This document shows positions 43,624 to 60,350 of a DNA stretch of 64,000 nucleotides, in pieces (the stretch's first letter is position 1; every line of letters starts with the position of its first letter). The stretch lies in the NCBI GenBank assembly GCA_964016885.1, contig OZ024740.1, positions 65,348,001 to 65,412,000 on the forward strand, given 5' to 3'. A model generated the notes under the pieces. It saw only the letters and a program-made list of their open reading frames with translations. It ran no database searches and was not told the DNA's origin. The DNA comes from Eledone cirrhosa. Lineage: Eukaryota. The position numbers and the translations under genes are program-made.

Positions 43624-43822
43624 GACACATAGCTATAGAGGAATTTATTTTGTTATATTTATGCATAGTTTATTTTATATTTTGTATATCTTCATTGTTA
43701 AATTAGTCTTGCCATTGTGCACTTTTACTCGAACTTATTGTAAACACCCACTGTCCCCGTCTTTGTATTGTCCCCTACATGAAATTATTATTATTATTAT
43801 TGTGTGTGTGTATATATATATA

Positions 43823-44365
43823 TTGAGTGAGTGTGATTAACCAAAGGTCATTATTGAAAGTCTCTGGATTTCGCAAAATACATAATATTTTTTATCAGAG
43901 AAGGTAAGATTTTTTTCCGTAATAATTTGATTGCTCTCTTTTGTTTCCACATATGTATTTTTTGAAGATGTTATTTATTCATTATAAAAATTAAATGATA
44001 GCATTCGATATGTAGGAGGGCCCCCAATGTTTTTAAACCCAGTCCGTCTGCCACTGTATATATATATATATATAAGTTTATCCCGGGTTCAATCGGGGGT
44101 AACCACATTATATATAATGAGTGAGTGTGAAAGACCGAAGGTGATTATTGAGAGTCTCTGGTTTTCGCAAAATACATAATATTTTTTGTTGGAGAAGGTA
44201 TGGTATTATTTCGCAAAAACTTTGATTGCACTGTTTTGTTTCCACTTATGTATTTTTTGAAAATATTATTTATTCATTATAAAAATTAAATGATACCATT
44301 CTATATGCAGGTGGGCCCCCTTCATCTCCTGGCAACCAACAATTTTATACCCAGTCCGCCACTGT
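43823..44365. mobile_element. Two diverged tandem copies (43823-44057, 44118-44365) of a probable MITE/DNA-transposon end
   Basis: About 240-bp direct repeat; both copies end in CCCAGTCCG(TCTG)CCACTG, a typical CAG-terminated TIR-like end. Confidence 0.55.
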
Positions 44366-45082
44366 GGATACATATTTCACCATATTATGTGAAACAATTT
44401 TGTTCATATTTACCTACATTTTTATTTCAATAGAATAAGGCTCACTCTGCACTTAACAAATTGTGTACCCTATGCCCTATCATAGCTTTACTCTTCTTTT
44501 AAAGGAATAATATATACTTATCTATTTTAGGTATTTTAAAAACACAGAAAATAACTTGAACAGTTAACACAATGGAGTCACACCTATATAAACTCATACA
44601 CACATTCATACACTATAGAACAACAGAATGTCGTCTGGACCGTTATTCTGAATAGAAAAAAAGATTTTTCTATTTAATCCAAGCGACATGTATAGTGAAT
44701 CAATTGAATGCTGCCGTGGTGAATACCACTTTCACCATGGCCATCCCACCTAATGAACATATATATAAGAAGAGATATTGACAGAAGATTCATCTACCCT
44801 ATAATTGCCTACAGTATATGGAAACAGACTTTATTAACATTTGATAATATTGACATACCAATCGAAACCATTAATATTCGCCAATATTTATGGGACGTTA
44901 CCTATTTTCAACGATATATATATAGAGAGAGAGAGATTTTGAGTTTATGTTGGTTGTATACCAACACCTCAGTATGCAGGCTGGAGCACGCGACGAAGTG
45001 CGCAGGTTGGTTTGGTTACTCCGGAGTAGTGTAAAATAAAGTTAAGTAAAAGTCAAATGATTAAAATTTAGCTTCGTTTATT

Positions 45083-45137
45083 ACTGCTATATATATTTCA
45101 GTGACAGTCATCTTTGGCTGTGACCTCTTCAGGCAGT
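45083..45137 (-). ncRNA. Type I hammerhead ribozyme (family I), canonical core
   Basis: ACUGC-CUGAAGA-GGUcACAGcCA(aaga)UGaCUGUcACU-GAA-AUAUAUAU-A/GCAGU; palindromic helix III. Confidence 0.8.
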
Positions 45138-45231
45138 TTGGATTAGTATGGTATAGACAAGTACATATGTTGTTTGTCAATACTCTGATATGCCCAGTTC
45201 CTTGTTGGGTTGTTAATTCACTGAGGAACTG

Positions 45232-45262
<31 letters not shown>

Positions 45263-45265
<3 letters not shown>

Positions 45266-45450
45266 CAGATTAAAGTTTAAGCAAAGAATCGCTGCAAAGA
45301 ATCGCCCTTAACGGGATCTTCTGAAACTTTAATCTGTTATTTTAATAAATATTTGCACTACGGTTCTTATATATTTGATATATATTTATCCTTATCGAGC
45401 CCTCTATGGATTTTAGTCTTCAAAGTTATTATTATTACTATTATTACTAT
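45263..45450 (+). mobile_element. Family A copy with the HHR-like segment inverted
   Basis: 45263-45327 is the reverse complement of the 2315-2378 type sequence, rejoining the forward strand at AAACT. Confidence 0.75.
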
Positions 45451-45638
45451 ATATATATATAAATATAAACATATATAATGAATAAATACGAAATGCGTTT
45501 TTATATGTACATCTTTTTATTACTGTGGTTGTTACCTTACCGAGAAAATCCTAAGGAACACAAATCGTAGGGAGTTTTACATCTTTTAACAAAAAAGTCG
45601 GTGGTGTATATGATCAAGCAACTTTCATTAATCTCTCT

Positions 45639-45785
<147 letters not shown>

Positions 45786-45809
45786 TTTATATACGTATAT
45801 ATACATATA

Positions 45810-45918
<109 letters not shown>

Positions 45919-46076
45919 GTGTATGCCATATATATATATATATATATATAGTAATAATAATAAATTTGAAGACTAAAATCCAAAGAGGGTCTTATTTTCA
46001 ACGACCATTCCACATATTACAATGAAGTTCTTGCTCGGAGTGGATATACATATATGTATACAGACGTACAGTAGCA

Positions 46077-46152
<76 letters not shown>

Positions 46153-46487
46153 CAGGTACACATACATATATGTACGTATCAGTTTAGCGGACGTTTATTA
46201 TAACGCCCGCTTTGTCCGTTTGTAATTTGTAAACAAACTGACAGCCCGAATTTATGCCGTACGGTGTTAAGGCAACCACGTCACCCTTTTGTTCAACACT
46301 GACACAGGAACGATGTACTAGTTTCACGCTTGTTAGCTATCATCGTGGTTGCCTTAACACGTGGTTGCCTTAACACCGTACGGCATAAATTCAGGCTGTC
46401 AGTTTGTTTAAAAATTACAAACGGACAAAGCGCGCGTTATAATAAACGTCCGCTAAACTGATACGTACATATATGTATGTGTACCTG

Positions 46488-49034
<2,547 letters not shown>

Positions 49035-49270
49035 TGCTACTGTACGTCTGTATACATATATGTATGTACGTATACATACATACTTACATTTAAGTAAGTG
49101 CCGTACTAAGAGTGAGAAATGAAATGTCCTTTTCATCTTATTACAACTTATCGTTTTCGGTGCGCCTAGCCGACTGAACTCACTCGATATTCAAATCAGG
49201 CTGCTCAGCCGTTAATTTTCATAAGGAAAGTATATACTTTCGAACGTTCAACCATCTGGCAGAAGGGTAT

Positions 49271-49313
49271 ACGGTGCTGATGATAGCTAACAAGCTTGAA
49301 ACTAGTACATCGT
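49271..49313 (+). ncRNA. Minimal type I hammerhead ribozyme (family F), canonical core
   Basis: ACGGUG-CUGAUGA-uAGCU(aaca)AGCUu-GAA-ACUAGU-A/CAUCGU; palindromic helix III; GUA at 49305-49307. Confidence 0.88.
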
Positions 49314-49470
49314 TCCTGTGTCAGTGTTGAACAACAGGGTGACGTGGTTGCCTTAATACCGTACGGCATAAATTCGGGCTGTCAGTTTGTTTACAAATTA
49401 CAAACGGACAAAGCGGGCGCTATAATAAACGTTCGCTAAACTGATACGTACATAAATGTATGTGTACCTG

Positions 49471-49526
<56 letters not shown>

Positions 49527-49638
49527 TGCTACTGTACGTCTGTATACATAGATGTATGTACGTATACATACATACTTACATTTAAGTAAGTGCCGTCCTA
49601 AGAGTGAGAAATGAAATTTCGTTTTCATTTTATTACAA

Positions 49639-49686
<48 letters not shown>

Positions 49687-50049
49687 GATTATTTTACAAT
49701 TACTACGCTTAATACTTTTGCGATACCTTAGGTCTTGACGTCCAGTTGTGGTCACCCTTACAATGCTGGCCTCTCATCGGGCATCAAGACGAATTACGAA
49801 AATTACGGTTAGCTTAAAAAATGTTGTTTTAATATAGTGGAGAGCACATTTTCGAGAACAAGGGAGGGCATTCACGTGTTCTTAATTTCTCGTGTCTACG
49901 AATCTTTGAAGCGTGCACATGTGTAATATGTGCGAGAAAATTCGTAAACTTATCTGTGTGTATGTGTAGTATTGGTGTGAGTTGAGTTGTAAGTTAATTA
50001 TCTTAAAAACTTAAACACTTTAAAGGAATTCGTTACATATAAATATGGT

Positions 50050-50900
50050 AGATTGTTTACCCTTGAATGGCCAAGGGAAATAAATTCTGATGGGATAACC
50101 TTATATATATTTGTGTAATCAATCGTGCATGTTAGTTTTCTCAGACTTTAATCTCTTCTAAAAGCTTCCAAATAATTACAATCTGAATATGTAAAATATC
50201 TTAATTGTTTGTGTATTAGCTATCATGCAATGTGAATTCTAATAATCTATGTTGTGTGCATATGTATACTGGTGTGATGCGTTTTTTTTTGCGTGGATAG
50301 GTGACAGAAAGGAATAGGTTTGTGCAGAATTTAACAGATCTGCTAAAGGGAAACCTTCTTGTGTAATTGTCCACTTGGCTAGGAGATGGTCCTTTATGAT
50401 GCAAAACATGTCTAAATTCACCCCTGAGTGTTCCATTTATTTATGGGATGAACTGTTCGAGTAGTTTCGATAGCATATTATAGAATCGACCATTTTCGAT
50501 TAACTGCCAGACGCTTTATGCCATCCTTGTGCTAGTTTATATGCGGGGATGCCTGAATGGTGCGAGTATTACAGCGCTTACACAAAAGGTCTGTTTATAT
50601 AAAGTTAACATTTTGAATATTTCTAAATAATCTCTCTTGCACTAGATTTAGCATTGTTTTCCTTTGCTTTCTATCTACGGACATATCCCATATATCAGAC
50701 CAGGCCATTCTGGGAACTGGCGTTGTCATTGGTTTATTTATATCACCTAACATCAGGTTGTGTAAAAAGAACCTATATTGCTGCGGGTGCTAGCTCTATC
50801 TAGAGAAATACCAACCAATTATCTGGATGATTCCTGCCAATATCAACATAACTTTGCTCGAGTAATGTATGAAATTCCAATATAATAATTTGTTTTATCT
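50050..50900 (-). pseudogene. Very decayed Penelope-like RT remnant (tentative)
   Basis: Faint matches: LVGIS...AP..., DNYTRRFPFS.SVKF...VYICTQHR versus PLE QxxGIPMG..AP and LYDKRDDFxFxIVNF...VYxSQLxR. Confidence 0.35.
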
Positions 50901-51134
50901 GTTGTAAGAGTTTTTTGGTGCCAAATTTCTCGTGTATTTAAGATAGAATGAGGCTATATGTTGATGACGTTTATGATTTTAAAATATATATCCTAATTTT
51001 CCTCTCACTCATTTCTTTTTGACAATACCTTTATTCATTTCTCATATATGGCAAATTATCGAACACAAAGTTAACATCAAGGCTGTTAGAATTAAGCTAG
51101 TTGAATAAAATAATTTAATATGATAATATAGAAA

Positions 51135-51875
51135 ACGTTTCTGATTTAGGTTCAAGGCCAACAATCTTTGCGTAGGGGAAAACACGATATAATCGCCCAT
51201 GTGCATTACTGGTGCTTTATTTTACCGACTCCGCAATGATTAAAGGCAAAGCTAACCTCTCTGGGATTTGCACTCAAGGATGATATAATAATTGTTTCTA
51301 CTTTTGGCACAGAGCCATCAATTATCCCAGTGTATTACTAGTACTTTATTTTATCGAACCCCTAAGGAGGAAAGGCAACTTTTACCTCAGCGGGATTTTA
51401 ACTCAGACCATAAAGGGCCGTAACTATTTGCTGCAAAGCATGGTGTTTGACCCTCTACGATACTGCCAATCGACCGCCTTTATTATATCAAGGAGGATAT
51501 AATAATTGTTTCTACTTTTGGCACCAGGCCAGCAATTACATTTTATCGACCCCATAAGGATGAAAGGCAAAGTTAGCCTCGGCGGGATTTTAACTCAGAA
51601 TGGAAAGTCCGTAACTCTACGCGTCAAAGCATGGTGTCCGTCCCTCTACCGATACTGCCAATGCACAACCCCTTAGTTTCTACTTTTGTCACAAGGCCAG
51701 CGATTACCCCAGTGCATCACTGGTACTTTATCTTGTCGACCTCGTAAGGAGGAAAGGCAAAGTTAACCTCGGCAGATTTGAACTCTAGAACGCCTAGGGT
51801 CATAATTATGCTGCAAAGCATGGTGCATGACGCTCTACCGATACTGCCAAACCACCACCCTAGGATGATATAATA
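51135..51875 (-). mobile_element. Cluster of four head-to-tail SINE copies (about 51135-51277, 51286-51480, 51500-51672, 51675-51862)
   Basis: Repeated GTTTCTACTTTTGGCAC..GCCA...AAGGAKGAAAGGCAAA...CGATACTGCCAA units. Confidence 0.8.
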
Positions 51876-53244
51876 ATAGAAAAACATTGGTAATTAAATC
51901 GTAGATATAAAAAAAAATATTTATCATTAAGTGTAGGTGCTGGTTCATAGCTATCATTCGTCTAGATTAGTAGTTCATCTAGGTTCCCAAATTTATATTA
52001 ATCTCTCTGGCTAGGTACACTAAAATGTAAACATAAATTATAAATAAATTGCAACTATTTGGAACCGTTAAACATGAATATCGATTTGAGCTCAACAGAT
52101 ACTTATTCATAAATACTGACATATTTTCCAAGCATTTTTCAAGTAAGTGGTCTGTTTTCCAAATTCATTAAATATTCTCTAACAAGCGCACATATGCGTT
52201 TAGAAGGAAAACAATGAAATTGCTTGTAGTAAAATAAATGACTAATACGTGAAAGCGAATAAATGAGAATAGCCTCTTATCTTTAGAGAATGAAAAATGG
52301 CAACAACAACAACAACGGCATAAGGAAATTAATAATTAATATTATTCACTGGGTAATAAGAAGTATAACAAATAGATATTAAGGTTAACTACTGCGTCAA
52401 ATGAATGTTAATATATTGATTGCCCATTCTAAACGTATAAGGATTATATTTGGGGAATTTCACTGAACATATGCACTTAGCACGAAATCTTAGTTATAAT
52501 TCTCCTTATATAATAAACCAAGAGTGAAAATGTTTAACACTTAACAGCATATATGCAAAGCAGCTGCAATTTCAATGTAGTACTTATTTCGCTTCGATTA
52601 AAATTGATTGTTTACACATGGCAAATTTTTACAGAACTAGAATTATAATTTTAACGTTAAGCAGAGTAGGTTAGAAGTTCTGAAGAGAAAATGAATATTT
52701 ACATGGTTCGTCGAGTGCTTCTAACATTTCACTTATTATACTAAAGTTATCATCTGTAATACGTATAATAATCACCCGGAAAATAAATAAACCAGCCTGT
52801 CATTATTGTGTTTATTTTGATGTATCTTACTACACAATGATGTAGAATTCCCAGAAGTTTTAGAGCGTCGGATGGGATACCTTGCTGTATTAAACCGGGC
52901 CTTCTAATTCTGAGTACAAATTTCGCCGATATAAAAGAGATGAAAAAATGTGTCTACGTTACCTATCAATAAATCACCGTCAGCATCCTCGTCATCGTCA
53001 ACATTATCATCTCTGCTATCATCACCACGACCAACGTTTACATCAGCAGCATCACCAGCCGGTCTTATCAGCATCATTGACACTCCCCCCCCCCCCTCCT
53101 CCTCCTCCTCCTCCTATATGTAGTGGAGAATTTAGTTCGATTTCATTCCATAGTCACATAATCCGATGACATGTGCGTGGATAGTTTTCTTCGGAGCATC
53201 TCATACTGATTCGTTCATAGGAAAGCAGTCCCCGTGTGTAATAA

Positions 53245-54918
53245 CACCGTGTAACAAAAACATTTTCTTTCTCTGTTCCTGGCTTGTAATCTCTTGTTTG
53301 TGTTGTTTAGGTCCCAAATAAATAAAAAAAAAAGAGCTATTGAACAGTTTACAGTTTGGGTTTGGAAACATTCTATGCTATTCACTAGAATTATTTGTAT
53401 GCTGGATTTTACGTTGTATGTAAGTTTAATTTGCTCATGTTAAATGATTTTTTATATATGTTTCAGGTTAAATTAAAATTATAAAATAAAGAGTAATACC
53501 TAAAGAAAATTATAAAAATGCAATAAAGTATAAAATTGTTAAAAAGTGAATTAAAGAGATTTATTGATACTGGAATTTCGCACCCTGAACAAAGGGTAAG
53601 TTGTGTTTTAAGCATTCGTCTCCAGGATGAAGCAGTGGAACTTGATCAAGGAGGAAGTGCATGTGACAAGTCAAAGAAGTCGACACGAACCTTTCTCAGG
53701 CTTTTACACTCTTAGGGATGGTATCTGCTTCCGCCATGACGTGCCTGGAACGTTTGACGTTATTGGGGTGCCGTTTGTGCCCAAAGAGAGGTGGCTATTT
53801 ATAGACAGCTCCACCACAAGTTTGAAGGCTGTCCTCCTCGACAATGGAAACAAGTTCCCGACACTGCCCCTAGTTCATTCAGTCTGCCCGAAGGAAGATT
53901 ACTACAGTGTGAAAGTCCTCTTGGAAACTCTGCAATACAACCAGTACAATTGGGAAATCATTGAGACTTCAAGATGGTGGCTTTCCTGCTTGGACTCCAA
54001 GGAGGCTTTATCAAATTCCAATGCTTCCTCTGCATGTGGGACAGTAGAGTCACCTCTGACCACTACAAAAGAAAGAACTAGGAGCAGCGAACAGAATTTG
54101 TAGTTGGGACACGGAACGTCATGTGGGAGCCACTGGTTGATCCCAGAATTGTGCTCATGCCGCCACTGCACATTAAGTTGGGGTTGACGAAGCAGTTTGT
54201 GAAAGCTCTCAACCAAGAATCAGCCGCTTTTAAGCACCTTCTTGAGTTCTTCCCCAAGTTATTTGAGGCCAAAATCAAAGGTGAAATTTTTGTTGGACCC
54301 CAGATAAATAACGTGTTTGAGTCTACCGAGTTCTCAAATAAGCTCAATAGGATTGAGAGAACAGCACGGAACTGCTTGAAGGTAGTTGTTAAGGGCTTCC
54401 TGGGCAACTACAGAGCTGAAAACTACCAGCAACTGGTGCAGGATCAGACAAAGGCTTTTGGCGCTATGGGATGCAAGATGTCGCTTAAACTCCATATGTT
54501 GGACGCTCACCTGGAAAAATTCAAGGACAATACGGGCTCCTACTCAGAAGAACAAGGCGAACGGTTCCACCAAGATGTGAAAGAGATAGAGCGGACGTAC
54601 CAGTGCCACTACAATGAAAAAAATGATAGTGGACTATATCTGGGGGCTAGTGCGGGAATGCGACCTGGACTACAATCGCAAATCCAGGACATCCAGTTAT
54701 TTCTGACGTGTACAAGTTGCTTTATTAGTGTTATTTGTTTTTACTTGTTTGCTTTTGATAAGCTTGTGTAATAAAATAAATATATATTCTGTTAATTTAA
54801 TTATATAAACTGATACATTTTTTAAAGATGTGTTTTTTTCTCGAAAAATATGAACATTTCGAAATACCAAACTCTGTTTTACACAGAACCAAGGCATGCT
54901 AGAACTCCCTACACGGTG
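53245..54918 (+). mobile_element. Chapaev-type (CMC superfamily) DNA transposon, internally deleted, with 9-bp TIRs
   Basis: CACCGTGTA at 53245-53253 and TACACGGTG at 54910-54918 enclose a transposase pseudogene. Confidence 0.7.
53627..54690 (+). pseudogene. Chapaev3-like transposase C-terminal part, frameshifted
   Basis: WLFIDSSTTSLKAVLLDNGNKFPTLP; PPLHIKLGLTKQFVKAL; KIKGEIFVGPQI; GFLGN; MSLKLHMLDAHL; SEEQGERFHQD. Confidence 0.8.
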
Positions 54919-55037
54919 TTTGTCAAGAAAAGGGCTATCGGGAGGAGGATAAAAACAGCAGCCGATGGTTCAGCTTAAATAAGTCAACTGTACCAGCCAG
55001 GTGATTATGTCGTTAGTGAAATTATTATTATTATTAC

Positions 55038-55101
<64 letters not shown>

Positions 55102-55107
55102 ATTATT

Positions 55108-56873
55108 GTTCTTTGAGTCTCAGTCATTGATTTTAATTAACTGAAAAGTTTGTTGAAATGAATATGAAGCCATTCCCTGCAGCCTCAGATATTCAAGACG
55201 TATCGGAGGGTTCTTGCTGTTCCCAGCAAGCATGCCTTTTGAACCGTTCCACAAAGCGTGGCTGGGTCAATTTTCTTTAACCATCCCTGGAAACTTTTTG
55301 AGATAGTCCCTAGTGCGCCTATGACAATCGGGACTACTTTGACTTCGTGGCAGTTTCAAATCCTATTTACCTCCCACTTTAAGTCCTGGTATCGGTTAAT
55401 TTTCTCCCTCTCCTTCTCTTGCACACTCGTTTCTAATAGGCAGGCCACATCCACAATCAAGCACGATCTTTTTTCCTTGTCCAAAACAACCAGGTCAGGT
55501 CTATTGCGTTCCAGTTTCTTGTCCGTCTGTATCCTAAAATCCCACAGCACCTTCACCTGATCGTTTTCTATCACCGACTCTGGCTTATGCTCATACCACT
55601 TCTCAGAATGTGGTAAATTGTTTACTTTGCATAGGTGCCAGTGGATCACCCTGCCCATCACATAATGTCTCCAGCCCTTATAGTGAGTCTGGGCTAGGTG
55701 TTTACACTCGGGTACAATGTGAGCCACAGTCTCCTCTCTCTCTCCACAGATTCTACACAGTGGGCTAGCCTCCTGTCTGTAAATATGTTGTTTGACACAC
55801 TCCGTTTTGAGGGCCTGCTCTTCCGCAGCCATTAACATTCCTTCTGTAGCCTTTTTTAAGGTCTCCTCTTTTCAACCAGTTCCATGTCTATGGATCTCTT
55901 AATTAAGTTTTCTCAAAGAAGGTACTATGAAGGCATTTTTCATGAAGGCTGCTCTTTCTCCTTGTTATTTCCTCCTTGGACATCCCCTGGTCTATTGTCC
56001 TCTCCTTCAGTACAATTCTGAGCATTGGCTCCTTACTATCAGTCACGTATTTGTGTAGGGTGTTTATCTCCATCTGAACACAGTCCTCTATGGTGATAAG
56101 ACCTCTTCCAGCTTCAGATATCCTTAAGTAGAATCTATCGACATCACTCCTCTTGTGGCACATGTTGTAGATAGTCAATATCTTCCTAGTCTTCCTATCC
56201 ATTTCTTTTTGTTCAGCAACATTCCATCTCAGAATTCCCGCACTGTACCTAATAATAGACACAGCTCGGGAATTTACTGCACTTAATGCATTCCTACTGT
56301 TCAGATGTGACTTTAATACGCTCCCTACTCTCCGACTGTATTCAGATCTTATCAATTCCTTCATTTTTTTGTTCTTGATGTCATCAGCCTCCAGAACACC
56401 CAAATACTTGTATCCTTTTTCAGTGTCAATTTCCTTTATCATCTCACCTGTTGGTACCTGGATTCCGTTGCTTCTGCTCAATTTATCCCTCTTCATCACA
56501 ATGCCTCCACACTTACTAATATCAAATTGCATAAATATATCATTGCTGAAAATACGGACAGTGTCAACAAGCACATCCAACTCCTTGTCACTCTTCCCGA
56601 AGAGCTTAAGATCGTCCATGAAGAGGAGGTGATTGATGGAAAGCCCTCCCTTTCCCAACCCGTACCCTGCTCTCACTTTTCGCAGTATAATGGTCAGGGG
56701 CATCGGGGCAAGTACAAACAACAGAGGGGACAGACTATCTCCCTGGAAGATACCTCTCTTGATCTTCACGTCTCCCAAGGATTCTTCAGCTGTTGTTAAC
56801 TCTGTTTTCCAGGACTTCATACTTTTGCCCACCAACTGTCTGATGTTATCTGCCACCTAGAACATCTCTAGTC

Positions 56874-56876
<3 letters not shown>
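55108..56876 (-). mobile_element. 5'-truncated Dong/R4-clade non-LTR retrotransposon (RT 3' part, zinc knuckle, REL endonuclease), frameshifted
   Basis: [33 protein letters not shown]; CRICGEREETVAHIVPEC; PDLVV..IVDV..KINRYQDL; (TAA)n on both sides. Confidence 0.9.
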
Positions 56877-56928
<52 letters not shown>

Positions 56929-59900
56929 GTTCTTACTCCTTGAGTCTCAGTCATTGACGTTAGTTAACTGGAAACTTTGTTGGAATGAATATCAAGCCAC
57001 TACCTGCAGCCTCAGATATTCAGGACGTATCGGAAAGTTCTTGCTCTTCCCAGCGAGCATGCCTTTTGAAGCGTTCCAAAGAGCGTGAAGGGGCCGATTT
57101 TCTTTAACCATCCCTGGAAACTTTTGGAGATAGTCCCTAGTGCGCCTATGACAATCGGGATCACTTTGACTTCATGGCAGTTCCAAATCCATTTTACCTC
57201 CCACTTTAAGTCCTGGTATCGGTTAATTTTCTCCCTCTCCTTCTCTTGCACTCTCGTGTCGAATGGGCAGGCTACATCCACAATCAGGCACGATCTTTTT
57301 TCTTTGTCCACAACCACCAGGTCAGGTCTATTGTGTTCCAGTTTCTTGTCCGTCTGTATCCTAAAATCCCACAGCACCTTCACCTGATCGTTCTCTGGCT
57401 TATGCTCATACCAATTCTCAGAATGTGGTAAATTGTTTACTTTGCACAGGTGCCAGTGGATCACCCTGCCCATCACATCATGTCTCCAGCCTTTATAGTG
57501 AGTCTGGGCTAGGTGTTTACACTCGGATACAATGTGAGCCACAGTCTCCACTCTCTCTCCACAGATCCTGCACAGTGGGCTAGCCTCCTCCTTGTAAATA
57601 TGGCGTTTCAACCACTTCGTTTTGAGGGCCTGCTCCTGCGCAGCCATTAACATTCCTTCTGTAGCCTTTTTAAGGTCTCCTCTTTTCAACCAGTTCCATG
57701 TCTGTGGATCTCTAAATTCAGTTTTCTCAAAGAAGGTACTATGAAGTGATTTTTCCTGAAGGCTGCTCTTTCTCCTTGATGTTATTTCCTCCTTGGACAT
57801 CCCCTGGCCTATTGTCCCCTCCTTCAGTACAGTTCTGAGCATTGGCTCCTTACTATCAGTCACGTATTTGTGTAGGTTGTTTTTCTGCATCTGAACACAG
57901 TCCTCTATGATGATAAGACCTCATCCACCCTCAGATCTCCTTAAGTAAAGTCTATCGACATCACTCCTCTTGTAGAACATGTTGTAGATAGTCAATAGCT
58001 TCCTAGTCTTCCTATCCATTTCTTTTTGTTCAGCAACATTCCATCTCAGAATTCCCGCACTGTACCTAATAATAGACACAGCTCGGGAATTTACTGCGCT
58101 TATGGCATTTCTGCTGTTCAGATGTGACTTCAATACGCTCCTTACTCTCCGAATGTATTCAGTTCTTAACAATTCCTTCATTTTTTTGTTCTTTATGCCA
58201 ATAGACCCCAGAACGCCCAAATACTTGTATCCTTCCTCAGAGTCAATTTCCTTTATCATCTCATGTGTTGGCATCTGGATTCCGTTCCTTCTGCTCAACC
58301 TACCCTCTTCATCACAATGACTCCACACTTACTAATATCAAATTGCATACATATATCACTGCTGAAAATACGGACAGTGTCAACAAGCACATCCGACTCC
58401 TTGTCACTCTTCCCGAAGAGCTTAAGATCGTCCATGAAGAGGAGGTGATTGATGGTAAGCCCTCCCTTTCCCAACCCGTATCCTGCTCTCACTTTTCGCA
58501 GTACACTCGTCAGGGGCATCAGCGCAAGGACAAACAACAGAGGGGACAGGCTATCTCTCTGGAAGATACCTCTCTTGATCTTCACGCTTCCCAAGGATTC
58601 TCCAGTTGATGTCAACTCTGTTTCCCAGGACCTCATACTTTTGCCCAACAACTGTCTGATGTTATCTGCCACCTTGAAGATCTCCAGGCTTTTGGTGATC
58701 CAAGAATGGGGCACCATGTCAAATGTCTTTCTGTAGTCTGTCCATCCCTTGGCAAGATCAGTGTGTCTCCTCTTGCAATTCCTCATTACCATCTTATCAA
58801 TAAGTAACTGGTCCTTTGTACCACGTGACTTCTTTCGGCATTATTTCTGTTCGTCCGGTAACAAGTTGTTTGTTTGGAGGTGATGGTAGATTTCCTCAGA
58901 CATAATGCTCGTCAACAGTTTCCACATTACGGACAGACATGTGATAGGTCTATAGTTGGTAACATCATTACCCTTGATTCGGTCTGTCATTATCAGAACT
59001 GTGGTACCTTTTGTCAACCACTCTGGTACCTCACCTGACATCAAGCAGTCATTGAACATGGTTGTCAGTTTCGGGTTGAGGGATGTTATATTTTTAATCC
59101 AATACCCCTGCACACCATCTGGGCCTGGTGACTTCCAGTTGGTTAGTTTTTTGGCCTGCCCCTTAAGAATTTCAATTGTGATACTCAAATCAGTTTGTTG
59201 GTGTGCCTGTTCACTGATCTCCTTCTGTACTGTCTCAATCAACACTGCCTAGTCATTATGTCTAACATCCTGCTCCCATATTCCTCTCCAAAATGTTTTA
59301 GTTTGTTCCGCCTCAGGGATCAAGTCGTTGCCTCTTTCTTTCCCTTCAAGCTGTCCAAACAGCATCTTCTGGTTGTTGTCGAACATGCGGTTCTGTTTAT
59401 ACTGACTGACTCTGTTCTCGTATCGCCTGATTTTGGCACTCTTTGCTACAATGCGTTGCTTCAGTTCCTCTGTGATAATATTTAGCTTTTTCCTCCTAGT
59501 TTTGTACTTTATTTCCAGTCTATTTTTAGTGTCTATGTTTTTTAGTGTCCCATTCAGTAGGGACTCAAGCTTTCCGATGTCATTTCTCATTTCCCTGATT
59601 TGACCACTCAGTCGTTTCTTCCACCAAGGCTCTGCTCTTTCTTGTCTGTTGTTTCCTCTCGCTTTTATACCAAGTAGTTTCCTCACCGTATTTGCTGTTG
59701 CTTTGAGGATATTGTTGCACTGGTGAAGGCTCCTCGCCTCAAGGTATGGGATGACTTTGTTTACCTTAGCTGTTGTTTCTTTTAACTTTTTCCTGTCTAC
59801 AAATCTTAGGTTCATAGGTCTCCCACAATCATTGTTCAATTCATCTACCACTAAATTTATGATATCAACCAAATTTTGTCCTAGCCCGTCAGCATTCATC

Positions 59901-60292
59901 TCCTCAGTGGCCGTATCTCTGTTCCAGGTATTATTTAACTCAGTATTCAGATCATTGTCTGCTTCGGGTGGTTCCTCCGTTCTCTCGACCTCTTCACCTT
60001 CATTTCCCACTGGCTCGTTTGCCTGGCATACTCCACCCTCCATCTCCAAGCTAATCTCTCTGCTCAGTTCCTCCAGTTCCAGCTCGCTTATCCACCCATT
60101 AGTTCTTATTACCCGACCCTACCCGACCAATTTTTGTTCATCTAATTTAAATAGACCAATTTCGTTCCCGATGTTATGCATCCGTTTCCTATAGCCCCTC
60201 TCCTTGGGGTTACTTTTCAGGTAACATTGCATAACAGTTCTATTCAATTATTTCGTCCAGTTGGTTCTGGTCCCTTTCCTTCTTCTTCTTCC
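56929..60292 (-). mobile_element. Near full-length Dong/R4-clade non-LTR retrotransposon, disrupted single ORF
   Basis: ORF pieces 59249-60049 (EPWWKKRL), 58841-59245 (WKSPGPDG, NYRPITCL), 58295-58792 ([20 protein letters not shown]), 57921-58328 and 57012-57890 (CCHC, RHD, PD..D REL); bounded by (TAA)n at 56877-56928 and 60293-60350. Confidence 0.9.
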
Positions 60293-60350
<58 letters not shown>

